Shown here: positions 10,175-23,294 of the stretch, one piece after another | Layout of the letters: each line of letters begins with the position of its first letter | Numbering within the stretch: position 1 is the stretch's first letter | From: Macrostomum lignano | Taxonomy: Eukaryota | Length of the DNA: 64,000 nt | Assembly: GCA_002269645.1 (NCBI GenBank) | Contig: NIVC01000296.1 | Location: 310,001 to 374,000 of the forward strand | Reading direction: 5' to 3' | Notes under the pieces: generated by a model | What the model was told of the DNA's origin: nothing | Database searches by the model: none | Seen by the model: only the letters and a program-made list of their open reading frames with translations | Made by a program: the position numbers and the translations under genes

Positions 10175-13100
10175 ATGGAGTCGCGCCAATCTAGCATCGA
10201 GTCTGGCACCACCGCCCAGTCCATGGCCACTGACACCAGCTCAGATTCAGCCACCGATGTTGAGCAGCTAGAGAACAGCTTTGGTACAGTGGACATTGGC
10301 AGTCTGGCAGCCCCGCTTCCAACTTGCTGCGGCAGCGCTGCCAGTGGCACTTCGGGAGGTGCTGGCGGCAGTGGCGACAGTCAGGTGTGCAGAGCTGCGC
10401 GGAGGCAGCTGGGGTCCTACATACTGTTGGACACCATTGGCAAGGGCACTTTTGCCGTGGTCAAGCGGGCCCGCCATTCGGTGCTAAAGGCCAAGGTAAG
10501 ATTAATAATGGGGCATCTGTCTATCAAAATTGCGTGCAAAAATCTTCATTTTTCGAAATCTCCCCTTATCAAACTATCCACTTATCAAAATCTCCCGTCA
10601 TCAATCAAATCTCCCCTCATCAAATCTCCCCTCATCAAATCCTCCCTCATCAAATCTCCCCTCATCAAATCTCCCCTTATCAAATCTCCCCTCATCAAAT
10701 CTCCCCTCATCAAAATCTCCCCTCATCAAAATCTCCCCTTATCAAATCCCCCCTCATCCATCAAATCTCCCCTCATCAAATCTCCCCTTATGAAACTATC
10801 GGCTTATCAAAATCCCTCTCATCAACATCTCCCCTCATCTTTCATCAGACAGCCTCCCATCAAACTCTCATTAAAATCCCACAAAAAATCGCCTTCTCTG
10901 CTAATGCTGAAGCTCTCCTCATCAAACACGCCCCTTGACAACTCTTTACTAATGCATTATCAATCGAAGGGCTTGAAAGAAGCTCATATAGATTTGTTTA
11001 TTTCAACACCTTTAGCCGGGAATTCATATCTGCACTTCTTTTCAGATCAGGTTTCAACATTTAAGGTCAAATCAAGCAACTTGCCCACACCCCTGCGCAT
11101 TACCTGCACCCCCCCCCAGGTTGCCATCAAGCTGATGGACAAAAAGCTGCTTGGCGAGAAAAATCTAGCTAAAGTGCATCGGGAAATCTCTGCCATGAAG
11201 CTGCTCAAGCATCCGCACATTATTCGACTGTACGAAGTGATTGAGACTGACTCGCACATCTGCTTGGCCATGGAATTCGCCCACAAGGGCGAGCTGTTCG
11301 GTGAGTGAGACCTGCATCCCGTATGTCTACCACTGCTTATCTCCCTCTCCAATCCGTCCTCTCCCTTCTCGTCTCTCGTTACACCTCCCTCTCCCCACTT
11401 TCCCCTTCTCCCCTCTCCACTTCTCCCCTCTCCCCACCCTCCCCTACTCCCCTCTCCCGACTCTCCACTTCTCCCCTCTCCAGACTCTCCCCTTCTCCCC
11501 TCTCCCGACTCTCCACTTCTCCCCTCTCCCGACTCTCCACTTCTCCCATCTCCCCACCCTCCCCTTCTCCCCTCTCCCGACTCTCCACTTCTCCCCTCTC
11601 CCGACTCTCCACTTCTCCCATCTCCCCACCCTCCCGTTCTCCCCTCTCCCGACTCTCCACTTCTCCCCTCTCCCGACTCTCCACTTCTCCCATCTCCCCA
11701 GTCTCCCCTTCTCCCCTCTCCCGACTCTCCACTTCTCCCCTCTCCCGACTCTCCACTTCTCCCATCTCCCCACCCTCCCCTTCTCCCCTCTCCCGACTCT
11801 CCACTTCTCCCCTCTCCCGACTCTCCACTTCTCCCATCTCCCCAGTCTCCCCTTCTCCCCTCTCCCGACTCTCCACTTCTCCCCTCTCCCGACTCTCCAC
11901 TTCTCCCATCTCCCCAGTCTCCCCTTCTCCCCTCTCCCGACTCTCCACTTCTCCCCTCTCCCGACTCTCCACTTCTCCCATCTCCCAAGTCTCCCCTTCT
12001 CCCCTCTCCCGACTCTCCACTTCTCCCCTCTCCCGACTCTCCACTTCTCCCATCTCCCCACCCTCCCCTTCTCCCCTCTCCCGACTCTCCACTTCTCCCC
12101 TCTCCCGACTCTCCACTTCTCCCATCTCCCCACCCTCCCCTTCTCCCCTCTCCCGACTCTCCACTTCTCCCTCTCCCGACTCTCCCCTTCTCCCCTCTCC
12201 CGACTCTCCACTTCTCCCCTCTCCCCAGTCTCCCCTTCTCCCCTCTCCCGACTCTCCACTTCTCCTTCACCGTCTTCCCTGCCCTCGCTTCTCAATCTCT
12301 CTTCCCTCCTTCCTTCTAGCTCTTCAATTCTCTCCCGCCCTTTTCATTCCCAAATATTCCAGACAGTAATCTATATTTAGCTTGTACTTCCAATTCATTA
12401 GCAGTTCATCCCTAGCTGCATATTTGTTGGGCTGCTTTTCGCTCATATTCATGGTCTTGAATGCAGTAAGAGATTCTAAAAATGGCAACTACTGACGGAA
12501 TCGATCGCTCGCAGCGTTCGCGTAACGATCCGCGATCTCCATTGTCTTTCCAAAACCGGCGAAATCTACCGGTATTTTTAGCATTGCTTCAATCAATCAA
12601 AAAGGAATTCATATTTCTGGGTGTAGAATTCCACCCAGATGGCTTTTCTGTCAATTCTGCCTATTCGGGATCCTACGCTCGTAGATAGCTCAGTGAGTGG
12701 ATAGGGGGTTTCCCGGCGCTAGGCCTATTCATAGTCCCTATTCATATGTGATAGATGAGCTGGAATAGGTGATAGATGAGCTGGAATAGGTAATAGATGA
12801 GCTGGAATATGTGATAGATAAGCTGGAATAGGTGATAGATGAGCTGGAATATGTGATATATGAGCTGGAATAGGTGAAAGATGAGCTGGAGTGTGATAGA
12901 TGAGCTGGAATAGGTGATAGATGAGCTGGAATAGGTGATAGATGAGCTGGAATAGGTGATAGATGAGCTGGAATAGGTGATAGATGAGCTGGAATAGGTG
13001 ATAGATGAGCTGGAATAGGTGAAAGATGAGCTGGAATAGGTGAAAGATGAGCTGGAATAGGTGATAGATGAGCTGGAATAGGTGATAGATGAGCTGGAAT

Positions 13101-16100
13101 AGGTGAAAGATGAGCTGGAATAGGTGATAGATGAGCTGGAATAGGTGATAGATGAGCTGGAATAGGTGATAGATGAGCTGGAATATGTAATAGATGAGCT
13201 GGAATAGTTGATAGATGAGCTGTAATATGTGATATATGAGCTGGAAAAGGTGATAGATGAGCTGGAATAGGTGATAGATGAGCTGGAATAGGTGAAAGAT
13301 GAGCTGGAGTGTGATAGATGAGCTGGAATATGTGATAGATGAGCTGGAATAGGTGATAGATGAGCTGGAATATGTGATAAATGAGCTGGAGTAGGTGATA
13401 GATGAGCTGGAATAGGTGATAAATGAGCTAGAATACCGGTAGGTGATGCAATGTGATCGGGTGATACAAGGTCACGCAAGGTCACGCACGCTAATTCAAT
13501 CCCGCCCCGCCCCGCAGACTACATCTCAAGAGAGAAGCAGCTGACAGAGGCGGACGCCCGCGACCTGTTCTGGCAGGCGGTCTGCGCGGTGTCCTATTGC
13601 CATAGTCGGCGCATTGCTCATCGCGATTTGAAGGCCGAAAATCTGCTGCTAGACTCGCGGGGCCGGGTTAAACTGGTGGACTTCGGGTTCTGCAATTTCA
13701 TGCAGCCGGGCCGCCTGCTCAGCACCCACTGCGGCTCGCCTCAGTACGCCAGTCCGGAGCTGTTCAGGGGAGAGATGTACGACGGGACCAAAGTTGACGT
13801 TTGGGTGAGCAGTCCTGCTGATATTAGATGCATTGGCGAGCTGTGGCTCTTGTGGGATAGCACTGTATTATCATCTGACATCAATTTTAATGTGACACAA
13901 TTTAGATCTGACACAATTTAGATCTGATACAATTTAGATCTGATACAATTTAGATCTGACACAATTTAGATCTGACACAATTTAGATCTGACACAATTAA
14001 GATCTTACACAATTTAGATCTGACACAATTTAGATCTGACACAATTCAGATCTGACACAATACAGATCTGGCACAATTTAGATCTGACACAATTTAGATC
14101 TGACATAATTCAGATCTGACAAAATACAGATCTGACACAATTTAGATCTGAAACAATTTAGATCTGACACAATACAGATCTGACACAATACAGATCTGAC
14201 ACAATACAGATCTGACACAATTTAGATCTGACACAATTTAGATCTGACACAATTTAGATCTGACACAATACAGATCTGACACAATTTAGATCTGACATAA
14301 TTCAGATCTGACAAAATACAGATCTGACACAATTTAGATCTGACACAATTTAGATCTGACACAATTTAGATCTGACACAATTCAGATCTGACACAATTCA
14401 GATCTGACACAATTCAGATCTGACACAATACAGATCTGACACAATACAGATCTGACACAATTCAGATTTGACACAATTCAGATCTGACACAAATACGGAT
14501 CGGACACAATTCAGATCTGACACAATTTAGATCTGACACAATTTAGATCTGACACAATTTATATCTGACACAATTTATACCTGACACAATTTAGATCTGA
14601 CACAATTTAGATCTGACACAATTCGGCTCTGACACAATTTAGATCTGACACAATTTATATCTGACACAATTTATACCTGACACAATTCAGATCTGACACA
14701 ATTAAGATCTGACACAATACAGATCTGACACAATTCAGATCTGACACAATTCAGATCTGACACAATACGGATCGGACACAATTCAGATCTGACACAATTT
14801 AGATCTGACACAATTTAGATCTGACACAATTTATATCTGACACAATTTATACCTGACACAATTTAGATCTGACACAATTTATACCTGACACAATTTAGAT
14901 CTGACACAATTTAGATCTGACACAATTTATACCTGACACAATTTAGATCTGACACAATTTAGATCTGACACAATTTAGATCTGACACAATTCGGCTCTGA
15001 CACAATTTAGATCTGACACAATTTATATCTGACACAATTTATACCTGACACAATTCAGATCTGACACAATTAAGATCTGACACAATACAGATCTGACACA
15101 ATTCAGATCTGACACAATTCAGATCTGACACAATACGGATCGGACACAATTCAGATCTGACACAATTTAGATCTGACACAATTTATTTCTGACACAATTT
15201 AGATCTGACACAATTTAGATCTGACACAATTTAGATCTGACACAATTCAGATCTGACACAATTTAGATCTGACATAATTTATATCTGACACAATTTATAC
15301 CTGACACAATTAAGATCTGACACAATTAAGATCTGACACAATTCAGATCTGACACAATACAGATCTGACACAATTTATATCTGACACAATTTATACCTGA
15401 CACAATTTAGATCTGACACAATTTAGATCTGACACAATTTATTTCTGACACAATTTAGATCTGACACAATTTAGATCTGACACAATTCGGCTCTGACACA
15501 ATTTAGATCTGACACAATTTATATCTGACACAATTTATACCTGACACAATTCAGATCTGACACAATTAAGATCTGACACAATTCAGATCTGACACAATAC
15601 AGATCTGACACAATTTAGATCTGACACAATACAGATCTGACAGAATACAGATCTGACACAATACAGATCTGACACAATACAGATCTGACACAATTTAGAT
15701 CTGACACAATTTAGATCTGACACAATTTAGAGCTGACACAATTTAGATCTGACACAATTTAGATCTGACACAATTTAGATCTGACACAATTTAGAGCTGA
15801 CACAATTTAGAGCTGACACAATTTAGATCTGACACAATTTAGAGCTGACACAATTTAGATCTGACACAATTTAGATCTGACACAATTTAGAGCTGACACA
15901 ATTTAGATGTGACACAATTTAGAGCTGACACAATTTAGATCTGACACGCTTAGGACCCAGATAAGCCTTACCCGGCGCATCTCTCCCACAGAGCCTCGGC
16001 GTGATTCTCTACGTGCTGGTCTGCGGCGCCTTCCCGTTCTGCGGCGACAGCCTGGCCAGCATCCGAGCCAGCGTTCTCCGCGGCCTGGTCCGCTATCCCT

Positions 16101-19100
16101 TCTACCTGTCGCACGGCTGCGAGCGGCTCCTGCGCGGCTTGCTGCACCCGCTGGCCGACCGGCGGCTGAGCCTGCGCCAGGCCTGCGCCGAGCCTTGGAT
16201 GCTGGAGAGCGCGCACAGCCGCCGGTTCCTGGCCCTCATCGCCGAGCAGGAGGAGGCGGCGTCGGCCTCGGCGGCAGGCTCAGCGGAGGTGTCAGCTCGG
16301 GTGCTGACCCGCCTGGCCGGCCTGGGCTACCCGGCCGACCGAGTGGCCGAGGCGGTTCGCGCCGGCCGCTCCGACCAGCTGGCCGGCGCCTACTGCCTAG
16401 CCGAGGACCTTCTGGACCGGGGCGAAGGCGGCGCCAACAGCAACGAAGACGAAGAGTCTTCGGCCTCGCCGATGGACGAAGCCGACGACGAGGTTTGTAC
16501 GAGCGCCGGGCCGCGCCGGTCAACCCAGCCGGCTCTGGTGAACTTATTGACGCCGGCGCTGCCTCTGCTGCCGCGCCGCGCCTCCGACGGCGCTGCCAGG
16601 GCCGGCGGCCCGCTGCTACTGCCCGGCGGGCCCGCCAGTCGCGACGCCGGCAGCAGCTGCCCGGAGGAGGCCGCCGCAGGCCGCTCGACTCTGTCCGCGG
16701 AAGTCGCCGCCTCAGCCTCGGCCGCGGGCGGTCCATCAGCGGCTCGCAAGTCGTCACCGCCGTCGCGGACTCGAAGTGCATCGACGTCGGGACAGTCGCG
16801 GCGTCGGCTCAGCAGCGGTTCGGCGGCTACCTCGGGAGCGTCCAGTGAGTGGGGATTCGGGATTATCCAGTGAGTGGGGATTTTGGATTATCCAGTGAGT
16901 GGGGATTTGGGATTATCCAGCGAGTGGGGATTTGGGATTATCCAGTGAGCGGGGATTTTGGATTATCCAGTGAGTGGGGATTTGGGATTATCCAGTGAGT
17001 GGGGATTTGGGATTATCCAGCGAGTGGGGATTTGGGATTATCCAGTGAGCGGGGATTTGGGATTATCCAGCGAGTGGGGATTTGGGATTATCCAGTGAGC
17101 GGGGATTTGGGATTATCCAGTGAGCGGGGATTTGGGATTATCCAGCGAGTGGGGATTTGGGATTATCCAGTGAGTGGGGATTTGGGATTATCCAGTGATT
17201 GGGGATTTGGGATTATCCAGCAAGGGGGATTTGGAAATCATCCAGTGAGTGGGGATTTGGGATTATCCAGTGAGTGGGGATTTGGGATTATCCAGTGAGT
17301 GGGGATTTGGGATTATCCAGTGAGTGGGGATTTGGGATTATCCAGTGAGTGGGGATTTGGGATTATCCAGTGAGTGGGGATTTGGGATTATCCAGCGAGT
17401 GGGGATCTGGGATTATTCAGAGAACCGGGCGCATGATCCAATTAAACGCAACTGAGTTGGAATTCTAATCCAAATACCCATTGATATATTTTTTGTTTTT
17501 CTTCCCGATATGAAAGCCATGAGCTCAAGCTCTAATTTAAAATGTATTTTTAACAAGGATGCCTATTCAGGAATCTATTTTCGCGTGGGTGAAGCATAAC
17601 ATGGTTTATAAAATATTTTTGTCCCTTTCGGCTTATCAATTTCAGCGGCAGTTATTATTTCTATTCTTTATTTACCGTTTTTTTGTTTTCTAGCCTAGCA
17701 ATCAGCCAGTCAGTCTGCAGTTACTAAAAATAGAAAACTTTCTCTTCAATTTAGTGCCGTGTAATATTTCTGTTAGTCGCCTTTGTGAACGGCTGTTGCA
17801 TTTCTTTTCCTGGCTAATTTCTGGTTTTACTGTTACATAATTCTACATTAGTCGAAACGTCGCAGACATTGTCGAGTTGTCGGCACCGGCCGCCAGCTGG
17901 TAAATATTACAGGCCTATATCGATGCTGCACATCTGCTCTCAAATTATTTAATCAGTTCTCGGGCTTCCAAAGTGTCTGTGTTGATATGCTTGCCGCCTT
18001 GAGGACCTTATTGCTTTGCTGTGTCCCTTGTTTGTACTTTTTAATTCTTTAGCTTTCAGCCAATAGATCTTCCAAATGCAAATAAAGCAAGTCCAAGCTA
18101 TAAGGTGTGCTTGTAGATGAAGCAAGTCCAAGCTATAAGGTGTGCTTGTAGATGAAGCAAGTCCAATCTATAAGTTGTGCTTGTAGATGAAGCAAGTCCA
18201 AGCTATAAGGTGTGCTTTCAGCGTAGAATGAATTTTAAAAAGTTGTTTCATACTAAGTTTTCACTTTGTATTAGTTTAGTTGAAAGAAATTTCAAGTCAC
18301 AGTCGCATGTTGGCACTGCAATTCTACATGATGATTGATGACTAGTACGTCGTACTAGTACGACTAGTACGTGACGCATGGCAGCCTTGTAGTTTTCCCC
18401 CGAGTGTTCTCTTCAACTTCGCGGAGGCCTCAAAAGAAAACTTGATAAATGTAAACGAGACAGTGGAAGTAAAAGATGCGGCAAAAATGTTAGATAAAAG
18501 TGCGCCCATGTGTCTGTCGGCAGTTGATTTGTAAAACCTTAGACGTGTATTATTTAGTGGCCAATCTATTTAGTGAGTCTTCAGCCAGTCTGTTTGAAGG
18601 CTTTTTTCCTCAAATAGGAGGTTGGAGTAAGCGAGAACAGAAGCAATGCTTTTGTAGCTCTATTTTTGGACTATGCTTTTATTTGTCCGCGTGGCTTTGC
18701 TGTTTCCTGTTAAGATCCCCAATTTCTCATTTGAAGTTAGTGTTGAGTAAGTGCAATCTTGTTGGACAGGGACAAATTTAGCTGTTCCTGTTTCTGAGTC
18801 GAATGCTTTGTGTTCCGTGCAGGTTCACAAATGTCTGGAACACAGATTTTTGCTTTACGGAAAGCTTGCATTAAATTCTTGCTTTTGGTTGCCTGTGATT
18901 TGCATTCATTCTTTATCTGTGTTTAAAATCTGCAGTTATCCATATATTATATCCAATAAGTGGAGGCATTGAAAAGGAACTTTTGGGGGTGGGGCAGCGG
19001 CTCCAGCCAAAAAGCGAAGAGACGCACAGATAAAGGTCAGACTTTAGCCAGTTTGATTAAAATTACGAGTGAGAGGCGTCAGAAAGGAAATTCGGGGTGG

Positions 19101-20383
19101 GGCAGCGGCTCCAGCCAATAAGCGAAGAGACGCACAGCACAGATAAGGGTCATACGTTTAGCCAGTTTGATTACAATTGGGAGTGAGGGGTGTCGGAAAG
19201 GAAATTCGGGAGTGGGGCAGCGGCTCCAGCCAATAAGCGAAGAGACGCACAGATAAGAGTCAGACTTTAGCCAGTTTGATTAAAATTGGGAAAGGAAATT
19301 CGGGAGTGGGGCAGCGGCTCCAGCCAATAAGCGAAGAGACGCACAGATCAGGGTCAGACTTTAGCCAGTTTGATTAAAATTGAGAGTGAGGGGCGTCAGA
19401 AAGGAAATTCGGGGGTGGGGCAGCGGCTCCAGCCAAAAAGCGAAGAGACGCACAGATAAGGGTCAGACTTGATTAAAATTGGGGCGTAGGGGAATAAAAT
19501 TTTGTGGCATTCTGAAGCAGCTCTATCCAATGAGCAATAATTGCCTACTAGGCGGGTCAAGATTTATTTTTACGATGCACCCTCAGGCGGTCAGCTGTTT
19601 CTACGCCGACACGGCAGCTGTTCAGAGCGCGGCGGAGGCGGTGGCGCTGGTCGGTTAGCAGGTGGCGGCGTCGAGAAGCCGCCCGTGTCTGCGCAACATT
19701 TCTTAGCGGCCGCCGCCCGTCGCCGCTGCAGCGAAGGCTCGTCGGCCTCGTCTACATCAGGCGGTGGAGGCGGCGGCTACTACGGAGTCACCAGCAGGTC
19801 GGCCCTGCTGCACGAACTGATGTCGGCCGCCGCCGCATCTTCCCGCCGGGCCTCCCAGGCTCGCTCAGATCCCGGCGGCGCTTCGTCCGCTTCCGCCGCA
19901 GCTGCAGCGGCTGCGGCAGCGGCTTCAGCAACGGTAGCCGCAGCCATGGACCTTCTATCTCCGCAGAGTCCGCTGCCGATGCCACCGGGCCTGCAGCAGC
20001 CGCACATTCAATGGTCGCCGTCTCCAGCGTCGCCTACATCAACAGTCACTGCCGCCGCCGTCGCTGAGGACTCGGACGACGAAATGGACCTGGCCGCCAT
20101 CGAGTCGTTGAACGCCAAGATTCGAGCCGGGGCGCTGCTGTCCAGCACGGCGGCCTCCGCCAGCGCCTTCACCTCCACCGCCGCCGCTGCCGCATTCGCC
20201 GTGGCTCCATCTTCGCCGGCCATCGCTCTGACTGACGACACTGGCCAAGTGGTCAACCTCATGTCCGGGAGCGGTGGCGCCGACCGCGGCGCGTACAGCG
20301 TCGGCGGCGGTCGCGGCGGTGGCAGCGAAGGCGCTTTCACATTCGACATGGGCGTGTCGGCCTGGAACCCGCCGCAGTCCTGA
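10175..20383 (+). CDS. SIK: Salt-inducible kinase-like (AMPK-related, CAMKL) Ser/Thr kinase, about 812 aa, 5 coding exons
   Basis: Exons 10175-10495, 11120-11300, 13518-13804, 15992-16844 and 19587-20383 join in frame (phases 0,1,0,1). Motifs IGKGTFAVV, VAIK, HRDLKAEN, DFG, STHCGSPQYASPE, DVWSLG, a UBA-like segment and RRASDG/RRCSEG 14-3-3-type sites. Confidence 0.88.
10590..10800 (+). repeat. 15-bp minisatellite (CATCAAATCTCCCCT) in SIK intron 1
   Basis: Tandem copies between donor 10496 and acceptor 11119. Confidence 0.9.
11385..12265 (+). repeat. C/T-rich compound minisatellite (CTCTCCACTTCTCCCCTCTCCCGA core, higher-order structure) in SIK intron 2
   Basis: Pyrimidine-rich tandem array; G-rich on the minus strand. 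Confidence 0.93.
12747..13435 (+). repeat. 21-bp minisatellite (GTGATAGATGAGCTGGAATAG) in SIK intron 2
   Basis: About 32 tandem copies. Confidence 0.95.
13892..15947 (+). repeat. 16-bp minisatellite (AGATCTGACACAATTT), about 128 copies, in SIK intron 3
   Basis: Fills most of intron 13805-15991; variant blocks recur within the array. Confidence 0.97.
16841..17420 (+). repeat. 25-bp minisatellite (CCAGTGAGTGGGGATTTGGGATTAT) containing the SIK exon 4 splice donor
   Basis: About 23 copies; the first copy spans the exon 4/intron 4 junction CCA|GTGAGT at 16844/16845. Confidence 0.95.
18085..18217 (+). repeat. 35-bp tandem repeat, 4 copies
   Basis: AAGCAAGTCCAAGCTATAAGGTGTGCTTGTAGATG repeated in SIK intron 4. 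Confidence 0.9.
18985..19490 (+). repeat. About 115-bp tandem repeat, about 5 copies, in SIK intron 4
   Basis: GGGGTGGGGCAGCGGCTCCAGCCAA(A/T)AAGCGAAGAGACGCACAGAT... recurs at roughly 100-125 bp spacing. Confidence 0.9.
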
Positions 20384-20589
20384 CAAAGCTTTCCCGCCTA
20401 CTGGTATAGAAGCCTGTCAGTAGCATTTTATGCTTAGTTTTCTTATTATTTTTAGCAGTTGATTTAATTTATAATTCTGCTACTTCTCCTCGTGTCGGTT
20501 GTCTCATCATGTCAAGATGTCTCCCTATGTCGTTTGGCTGTTATGTCTATATGTCTTATCATGTCTTTAAATGTCTCCCTTATTTTTTT

Positions 20590-20865
20590 ATGTATTCTCA
20601 TGTCCAAATGTCTACTCATGTCCAAATGTCTCCTCATGTCCAGATGTTTCATCATGTCCAGATGTTTCATCATGTCTGGATGTCTCATCATGTCTGGATG
20701 TCTCATGTCTCATCATGTCTCTGGATGTCTCATCATGTCTAGATTTCTCATCATGTCTGGATGTCTCATCATGTCTCTGGATGTCTCATCATGTCTAGAT
20801 TTCTCATCATGTCTGGATGTCTCATCATGTCTGGATGTCTCATCGTGTCTAGATGTCTCATCATG
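20590..20865 (+). repeat. 18-bp degenerate minisatellite (TCTCATCATGTCTGGATG)
   Basis: Tandem copies about 200 bp downstream of the SIK stop. Confidence 0.88.
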
Positions 20866-21276
20866 CCAATTTAACTATACTAAATGCCCAGTGTGCTCAA
20901 GACTCATATACTCGTATTTTTCTGCTTATTTTCCGAACAAAAAGAAGAGATTTTGCCGCACAACAATTATATTAATAGATTTGTATGTATATGAAGTCGT
21001 GACGCAGAGCACAGAGCAAAAACTATTTTGAGTCGCATGCTTACTATTGTTCGATCATGCAACATTCGATGCCAAAAACCTGCCCTGCCCGCCTAACGAC
21101 TAAAAGATTTTTTCACTGCTCCTTTTTTAGGCGTTTTCCGTTTTTCAGGAATTGCCGCTCGTTAGAAGAGAAAAATTGTGCAGATCCACTGTTTTATCTG
21201 TATTTTATGCTTCTGTAGTTATTTATCATTGGGGCTTTTGAAAGCGCCTTCTGGATATTTAGATATTTATAACCTC

Positions 21277-21610
21277 ATTTAGGTCAGGACAGTAAAGTAC
21301 ATTTATGTATTGGAATATGAAGTCACTTAGGTCAGGACAGTTAAAGTATATTTATGTATTGGAATATGACGTCATTTAGGTCAGGATAGTTAAGTACATT
21401 TGTTTGTTAGGATGTGACGTCATTTAGGTCTTGATAGTAAAGTACATTTGTTTGTTAGGATGTGACGTCATTTAGGTCTTGATAGTAAAGTACATTTGTT
21501 TGTTAAGATGTGACGTCATTAAGGTCAGGACAGTAAAGTACATTGTTTGGATGTGACGCCATTTAGGCCAGGACAGTAAAGTACATTAGTTTGTTAGGAT
21601 ATGACGTCAT
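21277..21610 (+). repeat. About 48-bp tandem repeat, about 7 diverged copies
   Basis: CATTTAGGTCAGGACAGTAAAGTACATTT...GATGTGACGT recurs. Confidence 0.85.
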
Positions 21611-21780
21611 TTTTAATTAATATTCGGTAAATTAATTCGTTCGCTGTCGTGTTAAATTTTTCCAACTTTTGCTGTCTGTGTTTTTCCATCATACTTTTTT
21701 GTTCTTTGTCAGTTTGTCTTTCTGGCAACTTTCATTTGGCACTTGTTTGACTTGCTGCTTTTCTGGTGCTGAGGAACATG

Positions 21781-22665
21781 ATGGATTGCTAATCTAGCCG
21801 ATCTGTGGATGCAGGAATAGAATGGATTGCTAATCTAGGGAATAGAATGGATTGCTAATCTAGGGAATAGAATGGATTGCTAATCTAGGGAATAGAATGG
21901 ATTGCTAATCCAGGGAATAGAGTGGATTGCTAATCTAGGGAATAGAGTGGATTGCTAATCTAGGGAATAGAATGGATTGCTAATCTAGGGAATAGAATGG
22001 ATTGCTAATCTAGGGAATAGAATGGATTGCTAATCTAGAGAATAGAGTGGATTGCTAATCTAGGGGATAGAGTGGATTGCTAATCTAGGGAATAGAGTGG
22101 ATTGCTAATCCAGGTAATAGAGTGGATTGCTAATCTAGGGAATAGAGTGGATTGCTAATCTAGGGAATAGAGTGGATTGCTAATCTAGGGAATAGAGTGG
22201 ATTGCTAATCTAGGGAATAGAGTGGATTGCTAATCTAGGGAATAGAATGGATTGCTAATCTAGGGAATAGAATGGATTGCTAATCTAGAGAATAGAGTGG
22301 ATTGCTAATCTAGGGGATAGAGTGGATTGCTAATCTAGGGAATAGAGTGGATTGCTAATCCAGGTAATAGAGTGGATTGCTAATCTAGGGAATAGAGTGG
22401 ATTGCTAATCTAGGGAATAGAGTGGATTGCTAATCTAGGGAATAGAGTGGATTGCTAATCTAGGGAATAGAGTGGATTGCTAATCTAGGGAATAGAGTGG
22501 ATTTGCTAATCTAGGGAATAGAGTGGATTGCTAATCTAGGGAATAGAGTGGATTGCTAATCTAGGGAATAGAGTGGATTGCTAATCTAGGGAATAGAGTG
22601 GATTGCTAATCTAGGGAATAGAGTGGATTGCTAATCTAGGGCATAGAGTGGATTGCTAATCTAGC
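21781..22665 (+). repeat. 25-bp minisatellite (TGGATTGCTAATCTAGGGAATAGAR), about 35 copies
   Basis: Highly homogeneous tandem array. Confidence 0.96.
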
Positions 22666-23294
22666 CAAGGCACGCAGAGGCCCAGTGACTCAGCACAAGC
22701 AGTTGATTCCGCATTTCCAAAAAGCCCCACAGAAATGATCCTCTAAATGTGTGTCGAGCTCTGTTTTAATTGATAGAAAATTATAAATTGTGATGAAGAT
22801 ATACTTTAATTATAATGTATTGCATATTCATTAGATGTCTTTTGAGTTCAAATACTCATTGAGCTCAAATATTTACCAGATTTCTTCATTTTTTGATTGT
22901 TGATAGTCACAAATTATTAGATCAAAAAAGTTATTTCAGCTACTTGTGGTACAGCTATTGTACTATAAGTAGGCAATAATAGTCCTCGTATTCTTATTGA
23001 TTTTTTTCTTTAAAAGGAGAATTGTACTCCCTCTCATCTCGCCAGACAGCCGGAAGTTGTTCTATGAGATATTTAATTGAGCTTAAATTGGAGCCTGCTT
23101 AGAAAATCGTTGTCTAATTATACTGTTTCGTCTATCATTTTAATGGGCAGGAAGAATTAGATGGCTTATTACTGCACGCATGGCCCACTTCCTGCTGTTC
23201 ATTCGAGCTCTCTGTGTAGCGAGTACATGCAAGGCAGGGTTATAGATCTCTGTAGGCTATAGGCTGTAGACATAGGCTATGGAGGACAGGGAGA

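Noticed and set aside
10175-11308. Continuous 377-aa ORF across SIK exons 1-2
   Set aside because: The middle is the 15-bp repeat (IKSPL) lying between good donor and acceptor sites and would split the kinase N-lobe; it is an in-frame intron.
11047-13485. Repeat ORFs in SIK intron 2 (ESRERGE, SPLSRL, TYSSSS)
   Set aside because: Frame-open translations of intronic minisatellites.
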